Below are positions 53,360-63,427 of a DNA stretch of 64,000 bases, in pieces. This DNA is from Chloroflexota bacterium (GTDB taxonomy: Bacteria; Chloroflexota; UBA6077; JAJPHF01): positions 994 through 64,993 of the forward strand of contig DATGKN010000092.1 in the NCBI GenBank assembly GCA_035294645.1, read 5' to 3'. The notes under the pieces were generated by a model. It was given only the letters and a program-made list of their open reading frames with translations. It ran no database searches and was not told where the DNA came from. Position numbers and translations under genes: made by a program. Within the stretch, counting starts at the first letter, position 1. Each line of letters opens with the position of its first letter.

Positions 53360-54819
53360 CGAGGCACGCCCAGCGTCGCGCCGTGGGGGCTAGCGGCGGG
53401 GGACGCCCCCGCGGGCAACCGCGTGGCCTCGCGAGCCAGGACCGCGGCGGCGCCATATAGGAACCACTGGCACACGGCATTCACCGCCAGCTCATAGCCA
53501 TTGAGCCCCGTTTGCACCTGGAACACCAGCATCCCCGCGAGCAAGCCGGCCAGCCCATGGGCGCCCGCGCGATGGGCCCGCTCGTGCGCCCGCCACGTCT
53601 GCAGGCCGAGAGCCCCCCCCAGCGCCACGTAGGCGAGCAGCCCCACGATGCTCAGGTCGGCCAGCGCCTTGGCCAGCGGCGCCTCGATGAACAGCGGGAC
53701 CGCCCCCTCGATATGGCGCGTGCCGATCGCGGTGGCCCCCACGCCCAGCCCGATGGGCGCATACCGCATGGCCTCCAGCCAGTAGATGAACGACCCCTGC
53801 TGCCGCGCTTCGATCACGTTACCGCGGTTCTCCAGCAGCTCGCGGATCCGCTCGGTCCCCATCGAACCGGTCAACTGGTCCACGGCGGCGAGCACCCCCC
53901 ACAGCACGCCGCCTGCGAGCGGCAGGGCCCAGACCTGACGCCGGATGGCGAACAGCAGTGCGAAGTTCCACACCGTGGACACATACAGCGCGCGCTCGCT
54001 CTCGATCACGATCACGCCCATTAGGGCTGCCAGTAGGGCGATCAATACGATCCGCGCGAGCCCGCGGCTGCCGAGCATCAGGCCGCCCGCCATCAGCGGG
54101 ATGACGACGAGGAACTCGCCGAAGTGCGAGGGCCAGCTGAACGTGGCGTTGGGGCGGAACACCCATACATGGCCGACCAGCGTTACGAATGTGGCATCGG
54201 CGAAGGCCGGGCCCTGGGCGGCGTAGGCCGCCGGCCCCGCGTAGTATTGGTAAACGGCCAGCGCGCCGACCGGCACGGCACACGCCATCAGGAACCACAG
54301 GAAGCGCCGCACCTGGCGCTCGTCGTGCAGCAGCTCCAGCGCCACGTAGTACAGCGGGACATACAGCGCCCAGCGCCGCAAGCCGACCAGCGCCTGGCCC
54401 GGGCCCGCGACGAATGGATTGAACGCCTGGACACACATCACCGCCAGGAACAGCACGATCAGCGGGGTGAGTGGCGAGGCCGGCACGAGCGGCTGGCGCC
54501 GCAGCAGCCGCTCGCCGAATACCCGTAGGTAGATCGCCGCCAGCATGACGTCCTTGAACAGCAGTACCGCGGGGTCGTTGAGGCGGTTGCGGACGTAGCC
54601 CTCGACGAACACCACAACGAACAGCCCATACACGGCCGGCCGCCACCAGACGAAGCACGCTACCAGAACGCCTAGGCCGACGGCATAGACGAGCAGGTTG
54701 GGCCGCTCGCCCAGCACCGCGAGCGTGACCCCGGCCTCCACCAGCACGGCGCCCAGGGCCGCGCCTACCATCAGCAGGCGCCAGCGCACCGTACTCGCGC
54801 CCACAGGGACGACCATCAT
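53356..54819 (-). CDS. polytopic O-antigen polymerase/ligase-like (Wzy/WaaL-type) membrane protein
   Basis: Real part of ORF 53356-55224. ATG 54819 in ATGA overlap. About 11 TM with a larger loop near residues 330-400. Family call from topology and context only. Confidence 0.55.
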   Translation of the reverse strand: MMVVPVGASTVRWRLLMVGAALGAVLVEAGVTLAVLGERPNLLVYAVGLGVLVACFVWWRPAVYGLFVVVFVEGYVRNRLNDPAVLLFKDVMLAAIYLRVFGERLLRRQPLVPASPLTPLIVLFLAVMCVQAFNPFVAGPGQALVGLRRWALYVPLYYVALELLHDERQVRRFLWFLMACAVPVGALAVYQYYAGPAAYAAQGPAFADATFVTLVGHVWVFRPNATFSWPSHFGEFLVVIPLMAGGLMLGSRGLARIVLIALLAALMGVIVIESERALYVSTVWNFALLFAIRRQVWALPLAGGVLWGVLAAVDQLTGSMGTERIRELLENRGNVIEARQQGSFIYWLEAMRYAPIGLGVGATAIGTRHIEGAVPLFIEAPLAKALADLSIVGLLAYVALGGALGLQTWRAHERAHRAGAHGLAGLLAGMLVFQVQTGLNGYELAVNAVCQWFLYGAAAVLAREATRLPAGASPAASPHGATLGVPR

Positions 54820-55973
54820 GCGACCGCCTCCACGAACCGCTCGCCGATCCGCTCCCAGGCGAACAGCCGCGCGTACAGGGCGCGGGCCCCCGCGCGCAGC
54901 CGCGCGCGCAGAGCCGGCGAAACGAGCACGGCCGCCACGCGATCGGCCAGCGCCGCCGGATCGCCGGCCGGCGCCAGCAAGATGTTCTGTCCATCGATGA
55001 ACACGTCGGTCGTTTCCACGCCCCGGTAGGCGACGATCGGCAGCCCGTGGGCCAGCGCCGCTGCCAGTGCGGTGCTGCGGGTCGAGGCGCCCACATCGCG
55101 GGTGTGGACCAGGACATCGAGCGTCGCCAGCGCGCGGGAGAGCGTCGCAGCCGGCCAGTACCCCGTGTAGGCCACGCGCGCGGCGACCCCCGCCCGGCGG
55201 GCTAGCGCCGCGAACCGTGGCCACTGCTGGCTGTACCGCGGCAGCCCCCCGAGCAACGCCAGGTGCGCGGTCGGCAAGCGCTGGAGCACCGCGACCAGAT
55301 GCGTGGGCTGGTCGCCCACGCCCAGGGGGCTGAGGCTACCCACAAGCGGTGCCTCGCCAACCCCCAGCGCGCGCCGCAGTGCTGCCTGCTGCCGCCGGCT
55401 GGTAGCGAGGGGCAAGATGTTGGTGCCGACGGGCACCACCCGAGGCACCACGCGGCCCTGGGTCCAGCGCCGGACCAGCGCCGCGTAGCGGGCGTTGGTG
55501 ACCACCACGCGGTCGGCGCCATACGCCAACAGCAGCAGTTGGAGATAGTGCGCCGCCGCCTGGAGCGCCGGCCGGGGGCCGAGCCGCCACGCTACCGCGA
55601 CCTCGTGCAGGGTGACCGCCACCCGGGCGGTTGTCGCGCGGCGTAGCAACAGGGGCAAGAGGGCGACTGCGGGCGCCACGCCGCCGCGGCCGTACATGGT
55701 CGGTACGTACTGGAGCGCGATCACATCTGGGATACGCGCCGCCGCCTGGCGTGCCACCGCCCGAACCCCCGCCAGGCCCCACCCCCCTGTGGCCGCGACG
55801 ACTTCCACGCCTGCCGGCCGGCGGGTGGGGCGCCGCTCGGGCACAAGACACGGGGGAGTGATCACGGTTACCGTGTGCCCCAGGGTGCCCAGGATGTGGG
55901 CAAGACGCTCTGTATAGTCCGCCACGCCACCGGCCGCCGGGGGATACTCGGCGGTGATCAGCACGATCCTCAT
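54816..55973 (-). CDS. glycosyltransferase family 4 (divergent)
   Basis: Real part of ORF 54816-56243. ATG 55973 in ATGA overlap. MRIVLITAEYPPAAGGVADY N-terminus. Degenerate EX7E region. Confidence 0.75.
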   Translation of the reverse strand: MRIVLITAEYPPAAGGVADYTERLAHILGTLGHTVTVITPPCLVPERRPTRRPAGVEVVAATGGWGLAGVRAVARQAAARIPDVIALQYVPTMYGRGGVAPAVALLPLLLRRATTARVAVTLHEVAVAWRLGPRPALQAAAHYLQLLLLAYGADRVVVTNARYAALVRRWTQGRVVPRVVPVGTNILPLATSRRQQAALRRALGVGEAPLVGSLSPLGVGDQPTHLVAVLQRLPTAHLALLGGLPRYSQQWPRFAALARRAGVAARVAYTGYWPAATLSRALATLDVLVHTRDVGASTRSTALAAALAHGLPIVAYRGVETTDVFIDGQNILLAPAGDPAALADRVAAVLVSPALRARLRAGARALYARLFAWERIGERFVEAVA

Positions 55974-56752
55974 CGCAGCCGCCACAGGACCACGATCTGC
56001 TTGTAGCCGTAGGGACGCAGCGCGGGGACACGGTAGGCCCAGCGGTCGAGCAGGGCGCACGTCACGCTGACCGGGCGGACGCGATAGCCGCACAGCTTCA
56101 TGTCCAGCAGCCGGAAGAATTCCAGCGCGGGATAGTGCACCGCCACCGCACCGTCGAAGATCGTCCCCAGTTGCGCGATCTCCGCCCGCGTCAGCGGGTA
56201 CTCGTCGTCGGTGCTCCACCGGGGAATCCCGCAGTGGCCGCACAGGCGGCGGGCCAGCATCAGCAACGGGTTATTGGCGTTGTTCTCTTGGAACACCGCT
56301 CGGCCGCCGCGACGCAGCACCCGCTTGATCTCGCGCCCGGCGAGGGCGATATCCAGGTGGTGCAGGATGTCCTGGCCGTGGACGAGGTCGAAGCTCTCGT
56401 CTGCGAAGGCCAGCCGGTATGCGGACATCACCTGCGCGGCCACGCGCTCGGCCACGCCGCTGGCCGCGGCGCGCAGGCGTGTGGTCTGCACGCACCGCGC
56501 CGAGATGTCGACGGCGGATACGCGCGCGCCGTGCAGGGCCAGCAGGGCGGCACCGTAGCCCAGGCCGCAGCCGAGGTCGAGCACGCGCTTGCCCGCCAGC
56601 GGGCCGAGCAGGCGCAACCGCGCCGCGGCGTACTCATCGAGCGGCGCCGGCTGCACGGGCGCCACCGGCGCGGCCGCCGCGAAGACATCCCAGAAGTGGC
56701 TCTCGCGCGTCTCCTCGCGCCGCGTGCGGCTCGCGCTGTCGCTCACTACCAC
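55970..56752 (-). CDS. class I SAM-dependent methyltransferase
   Basis: GTG 56752 sits 6 nt after AAGGAGG, and the upstream TAA stop lies inside that SD. Motif I VLDLGCGLGYG, motif post-I AVDIS. Confidence 0.8.
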   Translation of the reverse strand: MVVSDSASRTRREETRESHFWDVFAAAAPVAPVQPAPLDEYAAARLRLLGPLAGKRVLDLGCGLGYGAALLALHGARVSAVDISARCVQTTRLRAAASGVAERVAAQVMSAYRLAFADESFDLVHGQDILHHLDIALAGREIKRVLRRGGRAVFQENNANNPLLMLARRLCGHCGIPRWSTDDEYPLTRAEIAQLGTIFDGAVAVHYPALEFFRLLDMKLCGYRVRPVSVTCALLDRWAYRVPALRPYGYKQIVVLWRLR

Positions 56753-56763
56753 GCTCAGCCTCC

Positions 56764-57759
56764 TTACCAGCGGCCCGTCGGCCACCAGCGGCCCATCAGC
56801 CGCATGCGCACGTCGGCCCACCGCAGCCACCACCCGCCGACCCGGGCAGCGATGCGGTAGTCGCGTGCGCAGCCGGGCAGCGCGGCGAGCTCTGGCCGGG
56901 TCGCGAACACGCGCTGCGCCTGATGTGCCAGGGCCGGCGGCGTATCCGGGCTACTGAGCGCGATGACGATGGTGGACACGGCGGCCGCGGGCAAGGCGCG
57001 GATCTCCGCCGCCAGGTCGCGCAGCCCGCCCGCGGCGTAGGCACGCCGCGCCAGCTCGCGCACCGTGTAGTGCCAGTGGGCTCGCCCGCGCTGGTTGCGG
57101 AACTGGTACGTGTCGTTGTGGTCGTGCCAGCGATAACGCAGGCCGCCGGCGGGGTTGAATAGAAACGGCCCCTTGAGCGCCAGTTGGCCCCACCACAGCC
57201 AGTCGCGGCACCACGGCCAAGTGCGCCCGCCCCAAAACAGCCCGGCCAGCGCGTCGCGGCGAAACACGACGGCGGACGCCAGCACCGGGGTGCCGGCTAG
57301 CCAGCTCCCATAGCCCGTCTCGCGCCAGTCGCGCACATACAGGTCGGGCCCCGTGGCCCACTCGGGGTGGTAGCGCCCCTCGCGTGCCCCGAAGAACGTC
57401 GCGCTGCACCCATAGAACGTCGCCGCGGGATGGCGCTCCAACGCCTCGACCGCGGCGCGCAGGTGCCAGGGCGCCCACAGGTTGTCGTCCTCGAGCACCG
57501 CCACGTACCGCGTATCCGGCAGTGACAGGGCGGCGCGCCAGTTGGCCGCCAACCCGACGTTCTGCGGCTGGCGATGCAGGCGCAGCCGCGGATCGCGGAA
57601 CGCGGCGACCAGCCCCTCCACGTCGTAGGGCGAGGCATTGTCGACGATCAGCACCTCGAACTCGCCGAGGTCCTGCGCGACCACCGACGCCAGCGCCTCG
57701 CGCAGCAGCGCCGGACGGTTGTAGGTGGGGATAGCAACGGTTACCAACGATGGGGCCAT
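56764..57759 (-). CDS. glycosyltransferase family 2
   Basis: ATG 57759 after GGAG (alternative GTG 57861 in GTGA overlap). VTVAIPTYNRP, IVDNAS, LEDDN. Confidence 0.8.
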   Translation of the reverse strand: MAPSLVTVAIPTYNRPALLREALASVVAQDLGEFEVLIVDNASPYDVEGLVAAFRDPRLRLHRQPQNVGLAANWRAALSLPDTRYVAVLEDDNLWAPWHLRAAVEALERHPAATFYGCSATFFGAREGRYHPEWATGPDLYVRDWRETGYGSWLAGTPVLASAVVFRRDALAGLFWGGRTWPWCRDWLWWGQLALKGPFLFNPAGGLRYRWHDHNDTYQFRNQRGRAHWHYTVRELARRAYAAGGLRDLAAEIRALPAAAVSTIVIALSSPDTPPALAHQAQRVFATRPELAALPGCARDYRIAARVGGWWLRWADVRMRLMGRWWPTGRW

Positions 57760-57857
57760 CGTGTGCTCCAAAAGGGCCGTGCGGGGCTTGCGCCGCGGCG
57801 ACTGTGGGAGCGATATAGCTGCACGGGGTCCTACGGCCGCTCGGGCAAGCGGCCAGC

Positions 57858-59009
57858 TCACTCGCCGGCCCTGACGGCGCTCGCCAGGCGCGACCGCTGG
57901 CGCCCGAGGCAGGCGTCGTATACAGCGAGCGTCTCGCGCGCTGCGCGGTCCCAGGTGCGGCTGCGGGCCGTCTGCCGGGCCGCCTGGCCCAGCGCGCGCC
58001 GGCGGGCCGGATCATCCAGCAGGGCAAGCAGCGCCTGGGCCAATGCCGCCGGGTCGCGCGGCGGGACCAGCAGGCCGTTGACCCCCGGCACGATCACGTC
58101 GGCCATGCCACCCGTCGGCGTACCCACCACCGGCAGCCCGACGGCCATCGCCTCGAGAAACGCCATGCCGAACCCTTCATACAGGCTGGGTAGCACGAGC
58201 AGCGCGCAGGCGCGCATCAGCGGGACCAGCTCCGCGGGTTGGCTGCTCGGTGGCCCGACTGTCACGGCCGGGCGCAGCTCCTCGGGGAAGCTGGCCAAAA
58301 TTGCGTCGCGCGGGGCGTGTGCCCCGGCCACCAGCAGGCGCGCGCTCGGCATCGTCTCGCGCACGCGCGCGAATGCCGCGCTGAGGTCGCGGATGCCCTT
58401 GCGGAAGGTCCACCCGCCCAAGAACAGTACGGTCGGCGTGTCGAGCGGCGCGGGCGGGGCCTCCAGGAACAAGGCGTCCACGCCCGGCGGGGCGATCGTC
58501 ACCGCGTCGGCCCGCCGCCAGCCGTGCGCGACGATGGCAGCCTGGTCCTGCCGGCAGGAGCAGATCACCCGGTCGCTCCAGCGGATTGCCGCCTCCACTT
58601 GCCGGCGGCGCAGCACGCCGAACCACAGCCGGTGCCGCCAGCTCACGTGCTCCTCGCCGCGGCGCCGCGCCGCTTGCAGGTGCTCCCAGTGGATGTGCTC
58701 GACGCCCAGCACGTGATCGACCACGGGGACACGCAGCAGCCCGCGGCGGCGCAGGGCGGCGGCCAGGACCGCGTCGCCGCTGGCGACGTGCACCAGATCG
58801 TAGCGGCCGCTCAGCGCTCGCTGGGCCACCGCCAGCGGGAAGGTGCAATACAGCAGTCGCTGCGCGCGCCACCGCGCGGGCAGGTCATCGAGAAACAGGT
58901 ACTCGACCGTACACCCCTGCCGCGCTAGCGCAGCGCCCAGCCGCAGGAAGTGCTTCGGCGACCCGAGGGTCACATCGCGCGGGTAGGGCTGCGCCAGGAT
59001 CACTCGCAT
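57858..59009 (-). CDS. glycosyltransferase family 4
   Basis: ATG 59009 after TGGAGG. SLYEGFGMAFLEAMAVGLPVV. Confidence 0.8.
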   Translation of the reverse strand: MRVILAQPYPRDVTLGSPKHFLRLGAALARQGCTVEYLFLDDLPARWRAQRLLYCTFPLAVAQRALSGRYDLVHVASGDAVLAAALRRRGLLRVPVVDHVLGVEHIHWEHLQAARRRGEEHVSWRHRLWFGVLRRRQVEAAIRWSDRVICSCRQDQAAIVAHGWRRADAVTIAPPGVDALFLEAPPAPLDTPTVLFLGGWTFRKGIRDLSAAFARVRETMPSARLLVAGAHAPRDAILASFPEELRPAVTVGPPSSQPAELVPLMRACALLVLPSLYEGFGMAFLEAMAVGLPVVGTPTGGMADVIVPGVNGLLVPPRDPAALAQALLALLDDPARRRALGQAARQTARSRTWDRAARETLAVYDACLGRQRSRLASAVRAGE

Positions 59010-60238
59010 GCCGCGGCCTCCAGGATGGGCGCAGGTTCGGCGCGCGCCGTCAGGGTGCGGTACAGGCGGAGCAGCGCGGCCAGATGGTGGCGCGGGTGAA
59101 AGCGTTCCTCCCACACTTGCCGGCCGGCCTGCCCCAGGCGCCGCGCCTCCGCGGGGTGCTGCAACAGGTAGTCGAGCTTGGCCGCCAGATCACCCACATC
59201 GCCGGGCCGCGCCAGCAAGCCCGTCTGGCCGTCGCGCAACCACTCGCGGATGGCGCCGATGTCGAAAGCCACCACCGGCCGCGCCTGGGCCATCGCTTCT
59301 GGGCCGACTAACCCAAACGGCTCGGGATAACAGGTGGGGACCGCTAGCACCGCGCACTCGCGCAGCAGGGCCACCAGCTGCACGCGGTCCACATGGCCGT
59401 GGAATACCACCCGATCACGCAGGCCGAGGGCGACTACCTGGCGCTCCAAGGCGGGGCGAAGGTAGCCGTCCCCGGCCACGTGCAGCACGGCGGGCGTCGT
59501 GAGCTGCCGCAGCGCCGCTAGCAGGCGCGGCAGGCCCTTGATCGGGTTGAGCTGGCCGACGTACAGCACCCGTGGTGGCTGATGCGCGGGATAGTAGTCG
59601 GGGGGGCGTGGCGTCGGCTCGACCACGGTTGGCGTCACCGTGATCCGCTCGGGCGCGTAGCCCGCGGCTACCAGCGTACGTTTCATGAACTCGCTGTCCA
59701 CCGCCAGCGTCAGCCCACGGGCGAACGCGCGCGCGGTGTGGCAGTCGAGCAGGCCCCGTACCCATCGTCCCGGCCGACGCGACTGGCACCCCTCCAGATA
59801 GGCGTTGCGCACGCAGGCCAGGCCTGGCCCGAGCTGCGGACAGACGCGCCCCGAGCGCGGCAGGAAGCGTGTGCCGCTCGGACAGGTCAGCACGTGGTTG
59901 TGCACGAAATAGAGTGTCGGCCAGCGGGCGGCGATGGCGCGCACCAGGGACCCGTTGTTGATCTGGTGCAGGTGCACGAGGTCCACGCGCTCGCGCTCCA
60001 GCGCCGCCAGCGCCCGCGCGATCGCGGTGCGGTTGGGCCGCAAGGCGAAGCTGCACAGGCCAGGGATGTGGTATAGCGCGCGGCCCGGGGCGGGCGGCGG
60101 CGGCCCAACCGCTTGCTCGTACAGCACGCATGTCGCCAGGCCCTCGGCCTCTAGCAGCGCGCAGGTGGCGGGCACCGTCTGCTCGGTGCCGCTGCTGCCC
60201 CGCTGGCCGTAGCTGTAATTGACGTGGGCGACTTTCAT
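59000..60238 (-). CDS. glycosyltransferase family 4
   Basis: 412 aa. ATG in ATGA overlap. NPIKG, YPEPFGLVGPEAMAQARPVV. Confidence 0.8.
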   Translation of the reverse strand: MKVAHVNYSYGQRGSSGTEQTVPATCALLEAEGLATCVLYEQAVGPPPPAPGRALYHIPGLCSFALRPNRTAIARALAALERERVDLVHLHQINNGSLVRAIAARWPTLYFVHNHVLTCPSGTRFLPRSGRVCPQLGPGLACVRNAYLEGCQSRRPGRWVRGLLDCHTARAFARGLTLAVDSEFMKRTLVAAGYAPERITVTPTVVEPTPRPPDYYPAHQPPRVLYVGQLNPIKGLPRLLAALRQLTTPAVLHVAGDGYLRPALERQVVALGLRDRVVFHGHVDRVQLVALLRECAVLAVPTCYPEPFGLVGPEAMAQARPVVAFDIGAIREWLRDGQTGLLARPGDVGDLAAKLDYLLQHPAEARRLGQAGRQVWEERFHPRHHLAALLRLYRTLTARAEPAPILEAAACE

Positions 60239-61236
60239 GAGCGGCGCACCGGCGCGGGGCCGGCGGCGGGCTCGCGCACCGCCCGCGCGCGCGCGGCGGG
60301 CCAGCGGCCGATCACCAGGACCTCAGCCCCAAGGCCCGCCCGGTCCAGCGCCGTGCCGAGCGGCCACGTCAGCCGCTCCACGAGCTCGCCCGCCCGACGC
60401 ACGACGGTCCATAAGCGGGCGCCGCGCGTGGACGGGAGGCCCCGGGGCGCGACGCCATTGTCGGCCCCGGGCGCACACCTCGTCCCCCCCCGCAGGCGGC
60501 GAAGAACACCAAGGCGCTGATTGAGTACGAAGACGAGGTAGAACGCGAGCGTCTCGTCGTCGCACCGCTCCGTGCTGTAGTCGAGCGGGACGACGCCCGC
60601 CCGGGCTAGCAGGCGGCTCAGCGTGGCGCGCGTGAAGTAGTACAGGTGCGTGGGCGGATCGACCCACCACCAGTCGGGCCCGAACAGCCGCGCCGCCAGG
60701 CTAGCGAAGTTCGGTACCGCGACGAGCAGCAGCCCGCCGGGTGCCAGCAGCCGGCGCGCGTCGAGCACCATCCCCAGCGGATCCGGGACGTGCTCCAGGA
60801 CGTGGCGGATGGTCACCACGTCGAAGCTGCCTGGCGCGTACGGCGCGGCGCGGAGCGGCCCGAGGTGCACGGGCAGCCCGTAGGTCTCGCGGGCGAACCG
60901 CGCCGCGCTCGCCGACACCTCCACCCCGGCGACCGACCAACCGCGCTGCCGCGCGGTGTCCAGGAAGAAGCCGTACGAGCAGCCGATATCGAGTAGGCGG
61001 CGGCCCGTGGTGAGCCGCTCCAGCCGCGCTAGCTCGCGGTGGCTCTTGGCCACTTTGCGCGGGCGCTGGGGCAAGAACGCCTCCGGCGGGTAGCGGTCGG
61101 CATACAGCGCCGCGAAGTCGAGGGCGGCGAGATCGGCCGCGACGTAGACCAACCCGCAGGCGCAGCGGACGAGCGGCCAGCCGCGCACGGTGTATACGGG
61201 CGTGGCCCGCTGCCCCTGGCAGAGATTACACCGCAT
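60235..61236 (-). CDS. class I SAM-dependent methyltransferase with N-terminal Cys4 zinc-ribbon-like motif
   Basis: CNLCQG...CACG, motif I LLDIGCSYGFF, VLEHVPDP. Confidence 0.8.
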   Translation of the reverse strand: MRCNLCQGQRATPVYTVRGWPLVRCACGLVYVAADLAALDFAALYADRYPPEAFLPQRPRKVAKSHRELARLERLTTGRRLLDIGCSYGFFLDTARQRGWSVAGVEVSASAARFARETYGLPVHLGPLRAAPYAPGSFDVVTIRHVLEHVPDPLGMVLDARRLLAPGGLLLVAVPNFASLAARLFGPDWWWVDPPTHLYYFTRATLSRLLARAGVVPLDYSTERCDDETLAFYLVFVLNQRLGVLRRLRGGTRCAPGADNGVAPRGLPSTRGARLWTVVRRAGELVERLTWPLGTALDRAGLGAEVLVIGRWPAARARAVREPAAGPAPVRRS

Positions 61237-62482
61237 GGCACGCTCGGATACGCTTGAACGCCGCGGCGAGTGCCTGGCCCTCGGCCGTGAGGCTGTACTG
61301 CTCGGCGGTCGCCCGCGCCGCGCGCTCCATGGCCCGCCGCCGCTCGGGCGCGCGGTACAGCATCACCAGGCGCTCGCACAGCGCCGCCACGTCCCGTGGG
61401 GGCACGATGTAGCCGTTCTCGCCGTCGCGCACGGCGTCCTTGGCGCCCACCTGCTCGGTCACGATCACCGGGCAGCCGCTAGCGAGCGCCTCCAGCACCA
61501 CGTAGGCGAAGCCGTCCTCGATCGAGGGCACCACGCACACGCTCGCCTCGGCGTAGGTGGCCGCCGGATCGCCGCCACGGAACCGCACGTTGGCACGCTG
61601 CCGGTATGGCGCCAGCACCCGGCGGATGAAGCGGCTGCCCGTGCCGCCATGCAGGATCAGCTCGCTGTGGGGCAGCGCGGCAGCGTCCCAGGCGCGGAGC
61701 AGGTAGTAGATCCCCTTGCGCAGGTCGAACGAGCCGACGAACGCCACGCGGAACACCTCGTCGGCCGGCCGCGCCCACCGAAAGCGCTCCAGATCGACAG
61801 ACGGCGGGATGAGCAGGAGCTTCGCCGCTGGGATGCCGTGCGCCACCAGCGAGTCGTGCACCAGGCGCGACTGGACGCGGATCCAGTCGGCCGCGGCGTA
61901 CTCACGCTCGACCCTGCGCACCGTCCACGAGCTCACCCAGCTCTGGCGCACGCCATGGAGGCGCGCCTCGGTCCGCAGCTCGGCCACCAGCGCGCGGATA
62001 TGCGTGTTGGCAGCGTGCAGCACGGTCGCCGCGCCGAGCCGGCGAGCCGCCTGCATCGTCCACAGCGCCTGGTCCGAATACGCGTACAGCACATCCGTCG
62101 GCTCGAGCCGCCGGCTAGCCTGCCAATCGAATAGGTGGTTCATGGCCGCCATGGCACCACCAGACCATAACCGCAGGGCCCAGGGCAGTACCGTCCGCTC
62201 AACGAGGCGGAGGTCGACGATCCGGAGGCACGCGGCCGGCAGCAGGCCGGGTGCGCTACCCGCGCAAATGACGCGTAGGTCGGCGCCGGCGCAGGCCAAG
62301 GCTCGCGCGATCTTGTAGCCCCCCTGGCCCACGCCGAGCAGGCCGAGCGGCGCTCCCACCGACACCGTCACCCGTAGCGGGCGGGGCGATGAGCCGACCC
62401 CAGGGGCGCTGGCCGCGCGGTGCAGCGGTGCCCGGCCGCGCAGGTGGCCATCGCCGGCCCGGGCACTAGCGGCACGCAGCAT
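61226..62482 (-). CDS. glycosyltransferase family 4
   Basis: ATG 62482 after GGAGGG (alternative GTG 62371). SIEDGFAYVVLEALASGCPVI. Confidence 0.75.
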   Translation of the reverse strand: MLRAASARAGDGHLRGRAPLHRAASAPGVGSSPRPLRVTVSVGAPLGLLGVGQGGYKIARALACAGADLRVICAGSAPGLLPAACLRIVDLRLVERTVLPWALRLWSGGAMAAMNHLFDWQASRRLEPTDVLYAYSDQALWTMQAARRLGAATVLHAANTHIRALVAELRTEARLHGVRQSWVSSWTVRRVEREYAAADWIRVQSRLVHDSLVAHGIPAAKLLLIPPSVDLERFRWARPADEVFRVAFVGSFDLRKGIYYLLRAWDAAALPHSELILHGGTGSRFIRRVLAPYRQRANVRFRGGDPAATYAEASVCVVPSIEDGFAYVVLEALASGCPVIVTEQVGAKDAVRDGENGYIVPPRDVAALCERLVMLYRAPERRRAMERAARATAEQYSLTAEGQALAAAFKRIRACHAV

Positions 62483-63404
62483 CGTGCGGCCCTCCGCGCA
62501 GCTGCCACCGCTTGGCCAGCAGGCGTGGCAACTGCCCGAGCCACCACAGGTGCGCACGCACCGTCGCGCGGCGCAGCGGTGGGCGCCGGCCCAGTAGCGC
62601 CAGGCCCCACTGCTTGGCCAGCCAAGCGTAGCGGTAGCCCAGAAACCCCAGCAGTGTGGCCAGCGGCGCGAACTTGAAGTACAGCAAGAAGATGTTCTTC
62701 TCCATATGAAAGTCGATGGTCTCGTTCTCGCGGTAGGCTAGCGTCCCCGGCGGCAGGTGGTACGCGGCCGCCGCCGGATACAGAGCAATGCGATAGCCGC
62801 GGCGCCGCAGCTTGAGGACTAGGTCGATGTCCTCGCCGGTGAACTGGAAATCGTCGTCGAACCCGCCGACCGCGTCGAGCGCCGCCCGGCGAGCCAGCGT
62901 GAGCGTCGGCGGCACGTAGGGCACCGGTTGGAGCCCATTGCCCTGGAGCACCGCGGGCGCCACCGCCTCGTGGACGATGCGCAGCGCGTCCAGGCCGAAC
63001 TGCACTCGCGCGCCGGCACAGCGCACTTGGCCCGTATCCGCGTCGTACAACACGCCGGCCACCAGAGCGAGGTCGGGGGTGTGCAGGAGCAGCGGCACCA
63101 GCTTGGCCACGTAGTCGCGCTCGAGCACCACGTCGTCGGTCAGCAACAGCAGCAGCTCGCCGCGGGCCGCCCGAATCCCCGTGTTCATGCCGCCCGTGAA
63201 GAACAGGTTCCGCGAGTTGCGCACCAGCCGCACGGCCGGGAAGTGCGCGGCGACATAGGCGGCGGTGTCATCCACGCTGGCGTTGTCGACCACCACGACC
63301 TCCAGGTGGGGATACGCTTGCTCGACCACTGCCCGCAGGCTCCGCGCCAGGAACGCCCGGCGGTTGTAGGTAAGCAGGACCACCGACACGAGCGGCGGTG
63401 CCAT
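62466..63404 (-). CDS. glycosyltransferase family 2
   Basis: ATG 63404 (alternative GTG 63431 in GTGA overlap with the Wzt stop). VSVVLLTYNRR, VVDNASVDD, LTDDV, FTGEDIDL. Confidence 0.8.
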   Translation of the reverse strand: MAPPLVSVVLLTYNRRAFLARSLRAVVEQAYPHLEVVVVDNASVDDTAAYVAAHFPAVRLVRNSRNLFFTGGMNTGIRAARGELLLLLTDDVVLERDYVAKLVPLLLHTPDLALVAGVLYDADTGQVRCAGARVQFGLDALRIVHEAVAPAVLQGNGLQPVPYVPPTLTLARRAALDAVGGFDDDFQFTGEDIDLVLKLRRRGYRIALYPAAAAYHLPPGTLAYRENETIDFHMEKNIFLLYFKFAPLATLLGFLGYRYAWLAKQWGLALLGRRPPLRRATVRAHLWWLGQLPRLLAKRWQLRGGPHDAACR

Positions 63405-63427
63405 GGTGCAGGCCGGCGCGGGCGCGC